Assembly: GCA_008080745.1 (NCBI GenBank)
Contig: SHMX01000003.1
Location: forward strand, 94,971 to 158,970
Reading direction: 5' to 3'
Origin: Candidatus Thorarchaeota archaeon
GTDB lineage: Archaea; Asgardarchaeota; Thorarchaeia; Thorarchaeales; Thorarchaeaceae
Length of the DNA stretch: 64,000 nt
The notes below the pieces were generated by a model that did not search any database, was not told where the DNA came from, and saw only the letters and a program-made list of their open reading frames with translations. Shown here piece by piece: positions 1-11,000 of this stretch. Each line of letters opens with the position of its first letter. Within the stretch, counting starts at the first letter, position 1. The position numbers were made by a program, and so were the translations under genes.

Positions 1-537
1 GAGATGGCTTTTTGTATCTCCTTCAAAGTTGGTTCCTCACCATGGCACAACACACGTACACACAATTGGGCAAGTTCCATCATACCCTCTCTAGCCTTGA
101 TTGATTTGTATCGTTTGTCAGTCTTTTTGGTGATGTTGACACAGGTATCGAAGTTTCTTGTACCAAGATAACAAATGACTGCGAGTCCATTAGCTCGCAT
201 CGATTGTCTGATTTTCTTCTCTTTGAATAAATGATCAGATGCCTCAGAATATAGGACTGCAGCCTCATCAAATCTCGCCTCAGTCAGGAGGGTACCAGCA
301 GCAGCTAATTTCATCTCCGCAACTTTTACATGATCATCAAAGTCTAGGGCAGCCCAAGCAGCCTCGCGAAAATATTTCACAGCAAAATCTGGACGGTCTG
401 CCTCCTTGAACAAACGAGCAGCCTTCTCATATTCAGAACATGCATAGTCAGGATATCCTTCTTCGAACTCTTCGATGGCTTTCTCTACATGTTTTTTAGC
501 TTTTGAAATCGGGTCTCTTTTAAAGAACTTGAACATA
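1..537 (-). CDS. Partial (5' end only; runs off window) helical-repeat/TPR-like protein
   Basis: Minus-strand ATG at 535-537 (MFKFFKRDPISKAKKHVEKAIEEFEEGYPDYACSEYEKAARLF...) stays open to position 1. Paired amphipathic helices resemble TPR/SNAP/MIT-like folds. No catalytic motif seen. Confidence 0.4.
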
Positions 538-607
538 CTTTAGTCCTCGAATATCTCTATGGCTTAGTCTTGAGATTTCAAGCTCCGCTATATCGGTTTC
601 GGCTGAT

Positions 608-1822
608 GTGATTACAATGATGAATGAACCCCCATACTGGCGAGAACCACTACATGAAGTCTTCACAGTCACAGTAAGGTCTTGTATCAAAGAGAAGAAG
701 GAATATCTCATAGAAATAGCAGAAGATGTTATTCGAGCTGCTGGTGGGGGACAGGACGGAGATAGAGGGATATTGAGAATTAATGGTCAAGAGGTTTCAA
801 TACTGAACACCGCAAAGCAGGATAGTCGTTTGCTACTAATCACAGAAGAGCCGGTTGAGCCAGACCAAGTAGTTCAATTGGTGATAGACCTCAAGTGGCG
901 AAAAGCTATGATGCAAAATCATACTGCTGAACATCTGTTTGTTGCAACGATGAAAAAAATCAGCCCGTCCTACAAATTGGGATATATTTGGATTGACGGA
1001 GAGAAAGGTGTTGTAGATATTATGGGTCCTCCTTTAGACTTTGAAACAGTAGTAAAAGCAGAGAAAGAAGTCACGAGATTGATAGAGGCTAGGATACCCG
1101 TAGAGATAGAAATTGTAGATGCTGCGGAATTGGATGACGAGGTACGCGCAAGAGAGGGGTTAGCTAGCAAACATGAAAAAGTCAGGATAGTACAGGTAGG
1201 GGACTATGACAGCTCGGCTTGCTCGGGGACACATGTCTTTAACACATATGATATTGAAGCATTCAAAGTAATCGATTATCGAACTGTTGAAGGCGGCACT
1301 CGAATAGAATTTCTAACTTCGTCCAGAGCTTTAGAGGAAATGGTAAAGGTGTATAACACGACCTTGGAAAAAAAACATAGTTATCCATATGAGATGGACC
1401 AATTAGGAGACATACTCGATAAAGCAAAAGAGCTAATACATGAACGCCAGTGGATTGTGCAGCATCTTAGTAGACTAATGACAGAGGGTAAGAATATCGA
1501 ATCAATTGAAAACACAGATTTCTGGACGGAATACCTCCCAGGTCTTGATATGAAAGAGGTTAGGTCTATAATTAGGGACTATCCAATGGAGGGCAAACTA
1601 GCAATTCTGTTCTTTCTGCCTGGTGTGAAGTCAAGTCTAATATTCTGGACTAATGAACTGCCTGAAGATGCTTCACATTATATCTCAGATATTGTGACCA
1701 GTTTGGGTGGCAGAGGTGGAGGAAGCAGAGATGTCTATACGGGAGGATTTGCTGATTCACCAAACCCAGAAGAGATCTATAATGAAATCATTAGCCAACT
1801 ACGAAAGCGATTGACTTCTTAG
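608..1822 (+). CDS. alaX: Alanyl-tRNA editing protein AlaX-L (tRNA_SAD editing domain + DHHA1)
   Basis: HTAEHLF (HxxxH) and CSGTHV (CxxxH) zinc motifs of the AlaRS/ThrRS second additional domain; C-terminal GGRGGGS DHHA1 motif. Track start is GTG; ATG at 617/620 is the likelier start. Confidence 0.75.
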   Translation: MITMMNEPPYWREPLHEVFTVTVRSCIKEKKEYLIEIAEDVIRAAGGGQDGDRGILRINGQEVSILNTAKQDSRLLLITEEPVEPDQVVQLVIDLKWRKAMMQNHTAEHLFVATMKKISPSYKLGYIWIDGEKGVVDIMGPPLDFETVVKAEKEVTRLIEARIPVEIEIVDAAELDDEVRAREGLASKHEKVRIVQVGDYDSSACSGTHVFNTYDIEAFKVIDYRTVEGGTRIEFLTSSRALEEMVKVYNTTLEKKHSYPYEMDQLGDILDKAKELIHERQWIVQHLSRLMTEGKNIESIENTDFWTEYLPGLDMKEVRSIIRDYPMEGKLAILFFLPGVKSSLIFWTNELPEDASHYISDIVTSLGGRGGGSRDVYTGGFADSPNPEEIYNEIISQLRKRLTS

Positions 1823-1824
1823 GA

Positions 1825-2289
1825 CTACTCTAAGCTATGCTTGCTAGCCACCTCTGTCCAGAACTTTTTCACCGCCCATGGCACAGCAAGAAATTCTTCT
1901 CGAAACATATCGAAATTGAGACCCTGTACCATCATCTCTTGTGAGGTTCCAATAATCTCACGAGACTCATCGAAATCAAAGCATACCTCAGCATATCTGC
2001 GGTTACATGCTAAAAGGTCCAAGAATACTTCTCGCCGAATGGCCTCTGGAATTTTCTCAAGGGGGTATACATCACAAAAGACCTGAATCCACTTTTCATC
2101 GGGTTTCACTGTAATGGTATATCTGAAATGTTCCTCAGCCTCTTCAGGAAGTGGACTTGCAGGTAATTCGTCTTTTCTTTCACTGAATACCAGTTCGAAT
2201 ATCCCCTCACGCTCATTCCAAGTATGTTTCAGTTTGAGCAATTCAAGGTAATCCTCTATCTGAGTCCTAATTTCTACCATAGCTTTCAT
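1825..2289 (-). CDS. Hypothetical protein (154 aa, possibly YbjN-like)
   Basis: Clean ORF with good codon usage, convergent with alaX; no diagnostic motif. Confidence 0.4.
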   Translation of the reverse strand: MKAMVEIRTQIEDYLELLKLKHTWNEREGIFELVFSERKDELPASPLPEEAEEHFRYTITVKPDEKWIQVFCDVYPLEKIPEAIRREVFLDLLACNRRYAEVCFDFDESREIIGTSQEMMVQGLNFDMFREEFLAVPWAVKKFWTEVASKHSLE

Positions 2290-2343
2290 CTCTTGGAATC
2301 AAATCATCAGATGGTTTGATTTAAGCGTATTGTGAAATTAGAA

Positions 2344-3951
2344 TTAGAGAGTATATGAATCAAGAATTGAAACCTTACTCCAATTTACATAGTATACAGA
2401 CATGGTGTCACGGCCACTAATCACATTATCATCAAGATGAACTGTCAGTAGAATTTCTAGTCCAGAGCCAAGGAGAAAAGAATAGTAAACCATCAATTCA
2501 TTGAAGAATACAAAATATTCACATCCATGTTCACGGAGATAGATCAGAAGTTCAATAGAACTCATATTTCCATGTATGATATCTGGACTTACAAGTCCTG
2601 CCAAATCAATTATGCTTCTATTTGAAAAGAACCTGATAGCACCAGCGTCATGAATTGCCAATACTGCATCCTCTGGTGTGTTTTCTGATAACCACTTTCC
2701 AATGTATACCTGCTGTTCGTTTATATTTTTAACAGAGTTGCCAAACAGATTTGCTTGGAATAAATATTCTGATAGGAGGGGAATAATCATTACCAACAGA
2801 ATAACGAATACAGTCAATAACTGACGGTCAGCAGGTCGCTTTATTCCAATGTCAACTTCTAGGATATATGGAGCAATCTTAGCAATCGCAACAATAGCTG
2901 TGATGAAGAAAAAGCTGAATACAGGAACCAAATATCTGCCATTATTTATCAATGCATTATATGGAAGATTCAAACGATAAAGCAGAACGAGTCCAACAGC
3001 GATTAGCCAAGTGAACGGCTTTTTGTTCACTACAAGTGCTAACCCCAAAATCCCTCCTATCAAGATGAATGGATATTCAATTAGCCATATATTCCACCAA
3101 AACCTCCACACATCGATTTCATACTCTGTAGGGGTATGCACTTTAGCATAGAATGTATCAGGTAAGGGATATCCCGTAGTATTCAGACAATGTATAATCC
3201 ATGGAGAAACGATAAGGAGAGCGATAACAGCCATAAGAACAAAAGAAACCCATCGTTTCCAATTTGTTAGTTCTTCTCTGTCCAATAGGAAAAATCTTAC
3301 AGGAACAAAGAGAGCTAAAATCACCCCCTCTGGACGTGCTAAGAAAGCTAATCCTACCGTAATACCCAGAAGCGGATCGTATCGGATATCCTTCTTATCA
3401 AGCAAAACAACACCAAAGACCAAAAGGAACATGAAAAGCGGAGTCTCCATTCCAGAAAGCATCAACCATGTTGTTCTTGGGACAATAACAAAGCCTACCA
3501 TTCCAGTTATCGCTATCAGAAGCCTCTCGGAATAATTGAAGATAATATATCCAACAAGAAGTGTGGTCAGAAAATAGAATAGCCCAGCAATGAGATAGGT
3601 ACCATAAATCAGGCTGATAGGATCTTGAGTGATAAAGAAGAGCGTTGAGAGAATTACAGACCAGAGGGGGCTTGTTGAACCAGTGCTTGGATGACCCGGT
3701 GAATATTCCCAAGGTATGCCTTGATATATAGTCCGAGCATATTGGAGATGAATCCAAGAATCATCTAACGTGAACCCAGGAGAAGTCCATGCAATCATGG
3801 TAGTGAGATAATGGACACATGAAACTGTAGTAATTATCAATGCTGATATGAACAAACGTGTAATCGCAGATGACTCTTTGAACCTGTGACAGATTGATAC
3901 CAGAAAACCTGGAAAGGCATACCTCCTCAAGCTCTGTTCTTCCTCGTTCAT
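2344..3951 (-). CDS. GT-C family membrane glycosyltransferase (PMT/ArnT-like, family 39-like)
   Basis: About 12 predicted TM helices; first loop motif DDSWIHLQYARTIYQG...GHPSTGSTSPLW resembles the DE/DD loop of GT-C mannosyl/arabinosyl transferases; C-terminal soluble domain. Confidence 0.55.
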   Translation of the reverse strand: MNEEEQSLRRYAFPGFLVSICHRFKESSAITRLFISALIITTVSCVHYLTTMIAWTSPGFTLDDSWIHLQYARTIYQGIPWEYSPGHPSTGSTSPLWSVILSTLFFITQDPISLIYGTYLIAGLFYFLTTLLVGYIIFNYSERLLIAITGMVGFVIVPRTTWLMLSGMETPLFMFLLVFGVVLLDKKDIRYDPLLGITVGLAFLARPEGVILALFVPVRFFLLDREELTNWKRWVSFVLMAVIALLIVSPWIIHCLNTTGYPLPDTFYAKVHTPTEYEIDVWRFWWNIWLIEYPFILIGGILGLALVVNKKPFTWLIAVGLVLLYRLNLPYNALINNGRYLVPVFSFFFITAIVAIAKIAPYILEVDIGIKRPADRQLLTVFVILLVMIIPLLSEYLFQANLFGNSVKNINEQQVYIGKWLSENTPEDAVLAIHDAGAIRFFSNRSIIDLAGLVSPDIIHGNMSSIELLIYLREHGCEYFVFFNELMVYYSFLLGSGLEILLTVHLDDNVISGRDTMSVYYVNWSKVSILDSYTL

Positions 3952-4154
3952 ACAATGTCACACAGACCAGAAACCAAGTGTTATGGCAAAAAAGTTTGCT
4001 TATCAGGTACCTTGTTTTTTGATGATAATACTTTCGGATATCCCTCTCCCGGCGTTGATTATCTGTTTAAATGAACGTTGTTAACAGAGAAGTATCTTAG
4101 GATTAGAGTTTTCTATTTGCATAAAGGTCCACCTTTTCAGAAGGGGGTATAACT

Positions 4155-5303
4155 ATGGCAATTGGTCAAACTCTGTCTGCGCAACTACAATTAGAGCCGC
4201 AAGAGGCAGGATCAAATCATACTGTATTCTCTCCTCCCGGTGTTGCTGTTGAGACCGCTAAGTACCCAATTATGTGGGCCGGAGTACTAGCTTCAACTCA
4301 AGCCTCAGAATGGCTCTCAATTTATGACCACCCCATTGCGTGGGAAGGAATTCAAAGAGAAGCAATCTTAGCTATGCGTGAGCATCTTTATCGGTTTGTG
4401 GTCCCTATTAACGCCCGAGAGATGATGCCCAACGATAACGTTGAGGTTCTTCAGACCGTAGCCCTATCCGTGTCTCCTGTTACACTGAATGTGGAGGTAG
4501 GACCGCTACCTCCACGTACCCTTCAAACAATTGGAGGCCTACTCCCTTCTAGTCCCCGTATTCAAGCAAAATCAATGAAGATTGTATCAGATCCTGAGAT
4601 TAGTATTGTTGCAGAAAAAATCTCTCAAAGAGATGTACCTGCATCAGAGTCAATCTGGACCCTTCTTGATTTCGAGTATACTCTAGATCAAGTTGCAAAA
4701 ATGACATCCCTTGGTTTGCTGGGTAAACTTAAGAGAAGAAGAATAATTCCCCTTAGGGCTGCCTATAAGGTGGTCATTGATAATTTCATTGATCGTGCTA
4801 TTGCTGAGCTTCTAGATAAACCTGAAAGCAATGACAGTAAGCTGTACATCTCAGATTTTCTTGGTGATTCTTTTGTTGTGGTTGTAAATCCGGGATCCCC
4901 AAAAGTAGATTATATACATCTCAACGATACCGATATGATAAGAAAAAGAACTCTGAGTATTGACGGTGAACCTAGTGCCTTTTCCGAACCTAAGACCATG
5001 GTCTACGCAGATCATGCTCGATTCGCCTCATATTCCTATATGTTAGAGGAGAAAAAGAACTCACATATCACAATTTTTCACCATTCACGACACAAGAAGA
5101 ATGAGGTTCTTGGTCCATGGGTAACGAGAGCGGGAGTTGCTGATGCTTTCAAGAAGTCATCAGTCCACCTCGGAGACCCTGAAGTCACAAAGACCATACT
5201 AGACTCTCTACTTGCACCAAACTTAGAATACTGGACAAAGGACACAAGAATTCTGAATAGAATGAATCTTGAGGAAACTCCTTATGGACTCGTTTTGAAG
5301 TAA
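4155..5303 (+). CDS. Hypothetical protein (382 aa)
   Basis: Long ORF; ATG preceded by a purine-rich aaggggg stretch; no recognisable domain. Confidence 0.45.
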   Translation: MAIGQTLSAQLQLEPQEAGSNHTVFSPPGVAVETAKYPIMWAGVLASTQASEWLSIYDHPIAWEGIQREAILAMREHLYRFVVPINAREMMPNDNVEVLQTVALSVSPVTLNVEVGPLPPRTLQTIGGLLPSSPRIQAKSMKIVSDPEISIVAEKISQRDVPASESIWTLLDFEYTLDQVAKMTSLGLLGKLKRRRIIPLRAAYKVVIDNFIDRAIAELLDKPESNDSKLYISDFLGDSFVVVVNPGSPKVDYIHLNDTDMIRKRTLSIDGEPSAFSEPKTMVYADHARFASYSYMLEEKKNSHITIFHHSRHKKNEVLGPWVTRAGVADAFKKSSVHLGDPEVTKTILDSLLAPNLEYWTKDTRILNRMNLEETPYGLVLK

Positions 5304-5334
5304 AAAAAAGAAAAAAAGAAGAGAGGAACTAGTC

Positions 5335-6294
5335 CTAAATCTCTTCCTTTGCTTCCTTTCTGGATACACCCTTGTACAGAAGGGCTATACCAATGACACT
5401 GAAAAGTGAACCACCAACATATCCTCCGCCTGGGAGAATATTGAACTGGTAGGCTGCTGCAATCAGTACAATACCAATGAGAAGCATAATCAGACCAAAA
5501 CCAATACCCATTGCTCGGAAAGCCATGGATCTTGGATATTTACTCTCAATGACATAACCTGTTGCGGCTGCAACGGATGCTTTGTACTTCTTCTTACCAT
5601 AACGATAAGTCAATTCCCAGACCGGTACATGAATCAAGAAGGTCTCGCCGACATCTATATTGTCGTTTCGTGACTCAATCTTGTCAACCTCGTCAAGAAC
5701 CAAAGCTGTCTGCTTATCAAAAGCGGTTTGATGGGCTTTCTTCTTAGCCTCTTCCTCTCCAATTTTACTATGGAGTACTTTACCATCGTATTCCTCTGCA
5801 TGAGCGTGACTAAAGTATTCCTTCGCTCTAGAGGGAATGGGAAAGTTCTTGATATCTTCATCAATCGTTTCAATTCCAGGGATATTGATTTCGTGTCTCC
5901 TTGTGAACTGACCAGATTCGGGTTTATAGAAGAAATCAATTCTCTTGTAAGCACCACGTCGCTGGGGCCATTCATCGTAGAAGTTTGCATCTCTACCAAG
6001 ACCTTTGTAGGTAGTGTGAGCATCCACTCTACTTATCCAGAACGGATAGAATATGAGCTCGTACTTCACGAAGTGTGCTGCAATTGGTAGGTCCTGAGGA
6101 GCCCCTAACTGCTTTGAACACCAGTCTAACAAGGTGGTCTGAGCTGTGTGTTGATCAAAGTGAACACGAATCATGTAGTGATCTTTGAACTTGGCACCCT
6201 CTTGGGTCTGAGCAGTCCCACAATAGGGACAAACTAAGAGTACATCACCAGGTCCGGTCTCAAAATTTGCTGAACAAAATGCACATGTAACCAT
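5335..6294 (-). CDS. Zinc-ribbon membrane protein (paralog of 6299-7330)
   Basis: N-terminal CxxC...CPYCG zinc ribbon (CAFCSANF...VCPYCGT), central conserved region (PFW, TYKG), two C-terminal TM helices. Same architecture and shared motifs as the upstream gene. Confidence 0.55.
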   Translation of the reverse strand: MVTCAFCSANFETGPGDVLLVCPYCGTAQTQEGAKFKDHYMIRVHFDQHTAQTTLLDWCSKQLGAPQDLPIAAHFVKYELIFYPFWISRVDAHTTYKGLGRDANFYDEWPQRRGAYKRIDFFYKPESGQFTRRHEINIPGIETIDEDIKNFPIPSRAKEYFSHAHAEEYDGKVLHSKIGEEEAKKKAHQTAFDKQTALVLDEVDKIESRNDNIDVGETFLIHVPVWELTYRYGKKKYKASVAAATGYVIESKYPRSMAFRAMGIGFGLIMLLIGIVLIAAAYQFNILPGGGYVGGSLFSVIGIALLYKGVSRKEAKEEI

Positions 6295-6298
6295 TTGA

Positions 6299-7330
6299 TC
6301 ACCCCTTCTTCTCCCGCTGAGTCATCAGCAAAACGCGAATACCGAAGAATGTCATAACTACACCAACAATGGCCATTACAATTCCAATGAGTAAGGTTGT
6401 CGTTTCGGTGGCAAGTCCTATGAATCCAAGCTCTCCACCCACAGTTGCTAAGACAATGCCGATAAGACCCAACAAGGTCCAGAGCATTCTCTGTGCCTTT
6501 GTGATTGGTATTTCTCCCAACACAACCTTACCAGTCTTGCCATCAATAGCGCATTTGTATAGGTCGCCTTCAAACTTGTATCTTATCAACGAGAATGGTG
6601 CTTGTAAATATGTAGTCCCACTGACATTTGTCTGGGTTCTACAATCGAACAGCTCGGTCAAGCCACTTTTCGCCTGACTCCTATGTCTGTCAGCAACTCG
6701 TCCATGAACCGTAGATTCAAACTCTTCTTGCCCAATCTCTGCATTTAGCATGTCTGGTTCCAAGTCTTTGATTGACTCGAAATTATATTTCACTGTCTTA
6801 GACAGATCTATCTCTGCAAGATATTCTTCAAGCCCATACAACCGAGCCCCTTTTCGGGCCAGCAATCTCTCATCAGTATTGCTGTGTATCTCGTCTTGTA
6901 CTGGCACATATCCAGTTTCGTAATCCGTGTATGTTTCTGTTCGCCAATTACCATCCGAGTCTCTGACTCGTCTGGTCTTCTGGACTGGTACTTGGACTGT
7001 TTTATAGCCTTTATACCAACTATCTGCTTTTACTTTGGCTGTCCAGACCGGGACATAGATAAGTCGATTTTCAACCACCTCAGCGCCCGTAATCAGGGAA
7101 CTGTTGATTCCTTTGTTTTTATCAAGGAACTTTCGGAAGGCCTCAAGACGCGAATCTGCATCCACGGCCACTTCCATCAGGTGTTCTCCGATCTCCTTTC
7201 CATCGATTGTGGTAGTACTACCACAATAGGTACAGGTGATCACAACATCATCCGGCCCGACTTTGACATTACCATTGCAGACAGGACACTTGAACATATC
7301 CGGTGCCTGTGCTTCAGATGCCATCGTCAA
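6299..7330 (-). CDS. Zinc-ribbon membrane protein (paralog of 5335-6294)
   Basis: N-terminal CPVCNG...CTYCGS zinc ribbon, PVW/WYKG motifs, two C-terminal TM helices; 4-nt spacing to the paralog suggests an operon. Confidence 0.55.
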   Translation of the reverse strand: MTMASEAQAPDMFKCPVCNGNVKVGPDDVVITCTYCGSTTTIDGKEIGEHLMEVAVDADSRLEAFRKFLDKNKGINSSLITGAEVVENRLIYVPVWTAKVKADSWYKGYKTVQVPVQKTRRVRDSDGNWRTETYTDYETGYVPVQDEIHSNTDERLLARKGARLYGLEEYLAEIDLSKTVKYNFESIKDLEPDMLNAEIGQEEFESTVHGRVADRHRSQAKSGLTELFDCRTQTNVSGTTYLQAPFSLIRYKFEGDLYKCAIDGKTGKVVLGEIPITKAQRMLWTLLGLIGIVLATVGGELGFIGLATETTTLLIGIVMAIVGVVMTFFGIRVLLMTQREKKG

Positions 7331-7424
7331 ATCTCCATAATCAGTAACTGACAGAACTCAGTCTGGAGTTCTATTTAAGCTTACGTAGATATAGTCCGTA
7401 CACGTTCGCAGCCCTTCATACCAA

Positions 7425-7622
7425 TTAAATATCAAATTTCTTCTTTCCAATCAGTAATAGCACAATTACGAGAAAGATATAGAAAGAATAGAAGAGAGTC
7501 CAATATGATATCTCTCTGTGAAGCATTAGCAAAGCTAAAAATATCAGAGATCCTACCACCCATGCTACCACTTGATTGAAATTTTCAAGCTTGGGATAGT
7601 CTTCTGCCATAAGCATTAACAT
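7425..7622 (-). CDS. Possible small two-TM membrane protein (65 aa)
   Basis: Hydrophobic 65-aa ORF in a 680-bp intergenic region; weak support. Confidence 0.2.
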   Translation of the reverse strand: MLMLMAEDYPKLENFNQVVAWVVGSLIFLALLMLHREISYWTLFYSFYIFLVIVLLLIGKKKFDI

Positions 7623-8014
7623 CTGACTCCGAGAAATCGCTTCTGTTTCTCAAAGAAATGCCTGCCTGGTCTTGTCAAAAAAAGTTTGACTCAAGTCCTC
7701 AAGTGTGGATTTTGAGAACAGTCTTTTTCGTTTATTTGTTGAGTGGGATTCCTGTAATTATTTTGGCGAGAATTTTTTTCATAATATCATGAATTCTCTC
7801 TATCATAATTAAAAGTAAGGTGTACAAAACACAAATACCATAGTGAGTACAAGGACTACCACTCTTTCCTTGTTTATCCATAGGAAATTTATCCAAAAGA
7901 GTAAGATCATTAAATTTGTAGTTATTCCAAGTTATATGACTACGAATACTACATCTAAATATCAATTTCTCCTCAACACAACATTACTATATCCTTTTTT
8001 CAAGGATAAATAAC

Positions 8015-11000
8015 ATGCCTCAATCATACCAAAGAGAGTTAGAAAAAATCAAAGAAGTTCTTAGAGAGAATCCAAGAGGCATGACTATTCTCGATGTTGC
8101 AAATAGTATCGGTATGAATAGAAATACAGTAGCTCGCTATCTTGATGTCCTCAGAATTTCAGGTCAGATTGAGATGAGAGCATTTGGCTCAGCAAAAGTA
8201 TTCTTTCTCTCACATAGAGTTCCAGTTTCAGCACTCATAGATTTTTCATCAGATGCCCTAGTAGTAGTAGATGAGCATTTGAAAATCATTCAGGTAAATG
8301 AGAACTTTCTAAATATGATTCAGATGAAGAGAAAGGATGTTGAAGGACTATATTTGACCGATTTGAAGTCTTCACTTTTTAGAAAATCATCGATAGTAAC
8401 TAAAATAAAAGAGGCATTCGATGAAAAAACGAATCAGGATATACCATTTGAAGCGTCCAGTGGTTCACAATATTTCTTAGTTAGGACTATTCCAACGTCT
8501 TTTGATACGGGTAGTCCTGGAGTAACAACTATTTTTGAGGATATAACAGAGCATAAGAGAGCAGAGGAAGAACTACGAAGGAGTGAGGAAAAGTACAGGA
8601 CTCTGGCGGATGAATCTCCCGTGGGTATCGTGATCTTTATTGGAAACGATATAAAATACATCAATACTGCTTTTTCAAAGATGGTGGGACGGAATAGGGA
8701 GGAGATATTAACCTTTCAAATCAACGATACATTACAATATGTTGATGAACGAGACCGTGAGAGAATTATAAAAAGAATAGAAAAATCAGATATATCGTTT
8801 AAGGAAATGGAACTCATTCGGATCATAAGACCGACCGGGGAAACGCGCTGGATTGAAGCACGAAGTAACACCATAATATATGAGGGACAACAAGCAATTC
8901 AGGTGCTTCTAATAGACGCAACCGATAGGAAGCTTGCTCAAGAGGCACTGGAGGAGAGTGAAAAGAAACATCGTACCCTTGTTGAATCCATGTCAGATAT
9001 GGTTTTTGTGTTTGATAAAGATGATAGATATGTAGAGTACTATTCGTCCAAAGATGCTGAATTGTATGCAGAACCAGATGAGTTTCTAGGCACTCATATT
9101 TCCAAGACATTACCTCCAAATGTTTACAAACCATACATCGAGTATGCAAAAGTAGTAAGAGATACTGGACAAAAAGCTCAGTATGATTATGAATTGAAGA
9201 TAAATGGCAAAAACCAATGGTTCGCATGTGTCCTAACGAGATCTGAAGAACAAGGCAACATAATCGCTTCTGTCCGGAACATAACTCAGAGAAAAGAAAT
9301 TGAGCAAGAATTAAAGCAGGTTTTAGAAAGAACCCAGAAACTGGAAAGTATTGTTAACAGAGGACCAGTAATTGTGATATCACTTCTCATTGATAAAAAA
9401 TTAACAGTCAAATTCGTTTCTGAAAATATCAGCCGTTTAGGTTATTCAGCGGTAGATTTTATCAAGGAAGATAGAAACTGGATTGACATAATCCATCCAG
9501 AAGATATTGGAATGGTGAGAGAGCAACTAAATCAGCTTGAATATTCTAATCAGGAATCTAATCAGATTTATCGGATAATAACCAACGAAGGTGATATTCG
9601 ATGGGTGTCTGTGGCAATTAGAGTGCTATCAAATCGAGATGAAAAACCTGTTCATATTCAAGGAATTATCCACGATATCACTGAACAAAAAGAAGTATTA
9701 CAAGCTCTTGAGGATAGCGAACAGAAATATCGCTCTCTTGTAGAGGAGTCTTTACAGGGAATAGTTGTTTTGCAGAATGGGAAAGTTGTTTTTGCAAATG
9801 ATGCTTATTGTAAAATCACTGGCATGCATAGAGAAAAATTGTATGCTATGGAACCAGAAGAAACCTGGAAGGTAATACATCCAGAAGATGTAGCTAAACT
9901 GAAAAAACGGAATAAAACTCGTGCACAGGGAGGTTATGTGAACCCATATTTTGCATTTCGATACATCATTTCTGATGGCAGTATTAGATATGTAGAATCA
10001 TACTCCAGTATCATCAACTACGGAGGTAAGGAAGCCTTACAAGTTCTCGTAATTGATGTGACTTCTCAGACTGAGGCTGAGGTCGCTTTAGAAGAATCAG
10101 AAATCAGATATCGTTCCTTAGTCGAGACCTCACTTCATGGAATAATTATCATGCAGGGGGATAGATCCATCTATGTCAATAATGCGTTTTGTCAGATTAT
10201 TGGACTTGCAAGGGAAGAACTACTTGATATGAAATTCGATGAGATCAAGAGATATATCCACCCGGATGATAGAGAAGAAAGGGTGTTGAGATTTAGGAAA
10301 TGGATTGATGGTATAGCGACCGAGAATAAATCAGAGTTTAGATTGATTAGACCATCTGGAGAAATCCGTTATGTCAAAGCCTACCTTTCCTCTATGGAAG
10401 TTAGAGAAGATCGAATGATGCAGGTTCAAATCATAGATATCACAGAACGAAGATTAGCCGAAAAGAAATTAGATATGGCTCAAGAATCCAAACAATGCCT
10501 ATTAAATACAATTCAAGACTTTCTCTTCGTTCTTGATGTTGACGGAAAAATTATCGAGATAAATCCTACAGTTACTAAGCATCTTGGATATTCAAGTGGA
10601 GACCTTATTAACACTGATTTTTCGAAATTGTTTTCAAAAGAAGAGCAAATCAAAACAGTTCTAGAAATTGTTCTCCACAAAGGCTCCGCAAAAAGAAAAC
10701 AGATAATCAGGTCCAAATATGGAAAAGATATTCCTATCGAAACAAATTTTTCGATAGGTCCTTGGCTGGGAAAAGATGCCATCCTGGTACTAGCTCAAGA
10801 TATCACGGAACAAGTAGAAACAGATAAGCTGATGTCCCTTCAGCGTGAATTAGGATTCAAACTAAGTTTCATGTCAGATCTTACTGAAGCATTATCATAT
10901 ATTCTAGAAGTTATTTTGAAGGAAGGAGGATTAGATGCAGGTGGAATCTATCTGACAAATTTCGAAGAAAGAAAACTGGAACTCTTTGTATCAAGAGGGC

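Noticed and set aside
3398-3961. ORFs 3398-3757 and 3761-3961 (minus strand)
   Set aside because: Lie entirely inside the GT-C glycosyltransferase gene in other frames, with Cys/Trp-rich shadow-frame composition; treated as non-coding overlaps.
8434-10782. Minus-strand ORFs 8434-8664, 8823-9227, 10513-10782 and plus-strand 10986-11183
   Set aside because: Embedded in the 3.3-kb PAS sensor gene; antisense or shadow frames with atypical composition.
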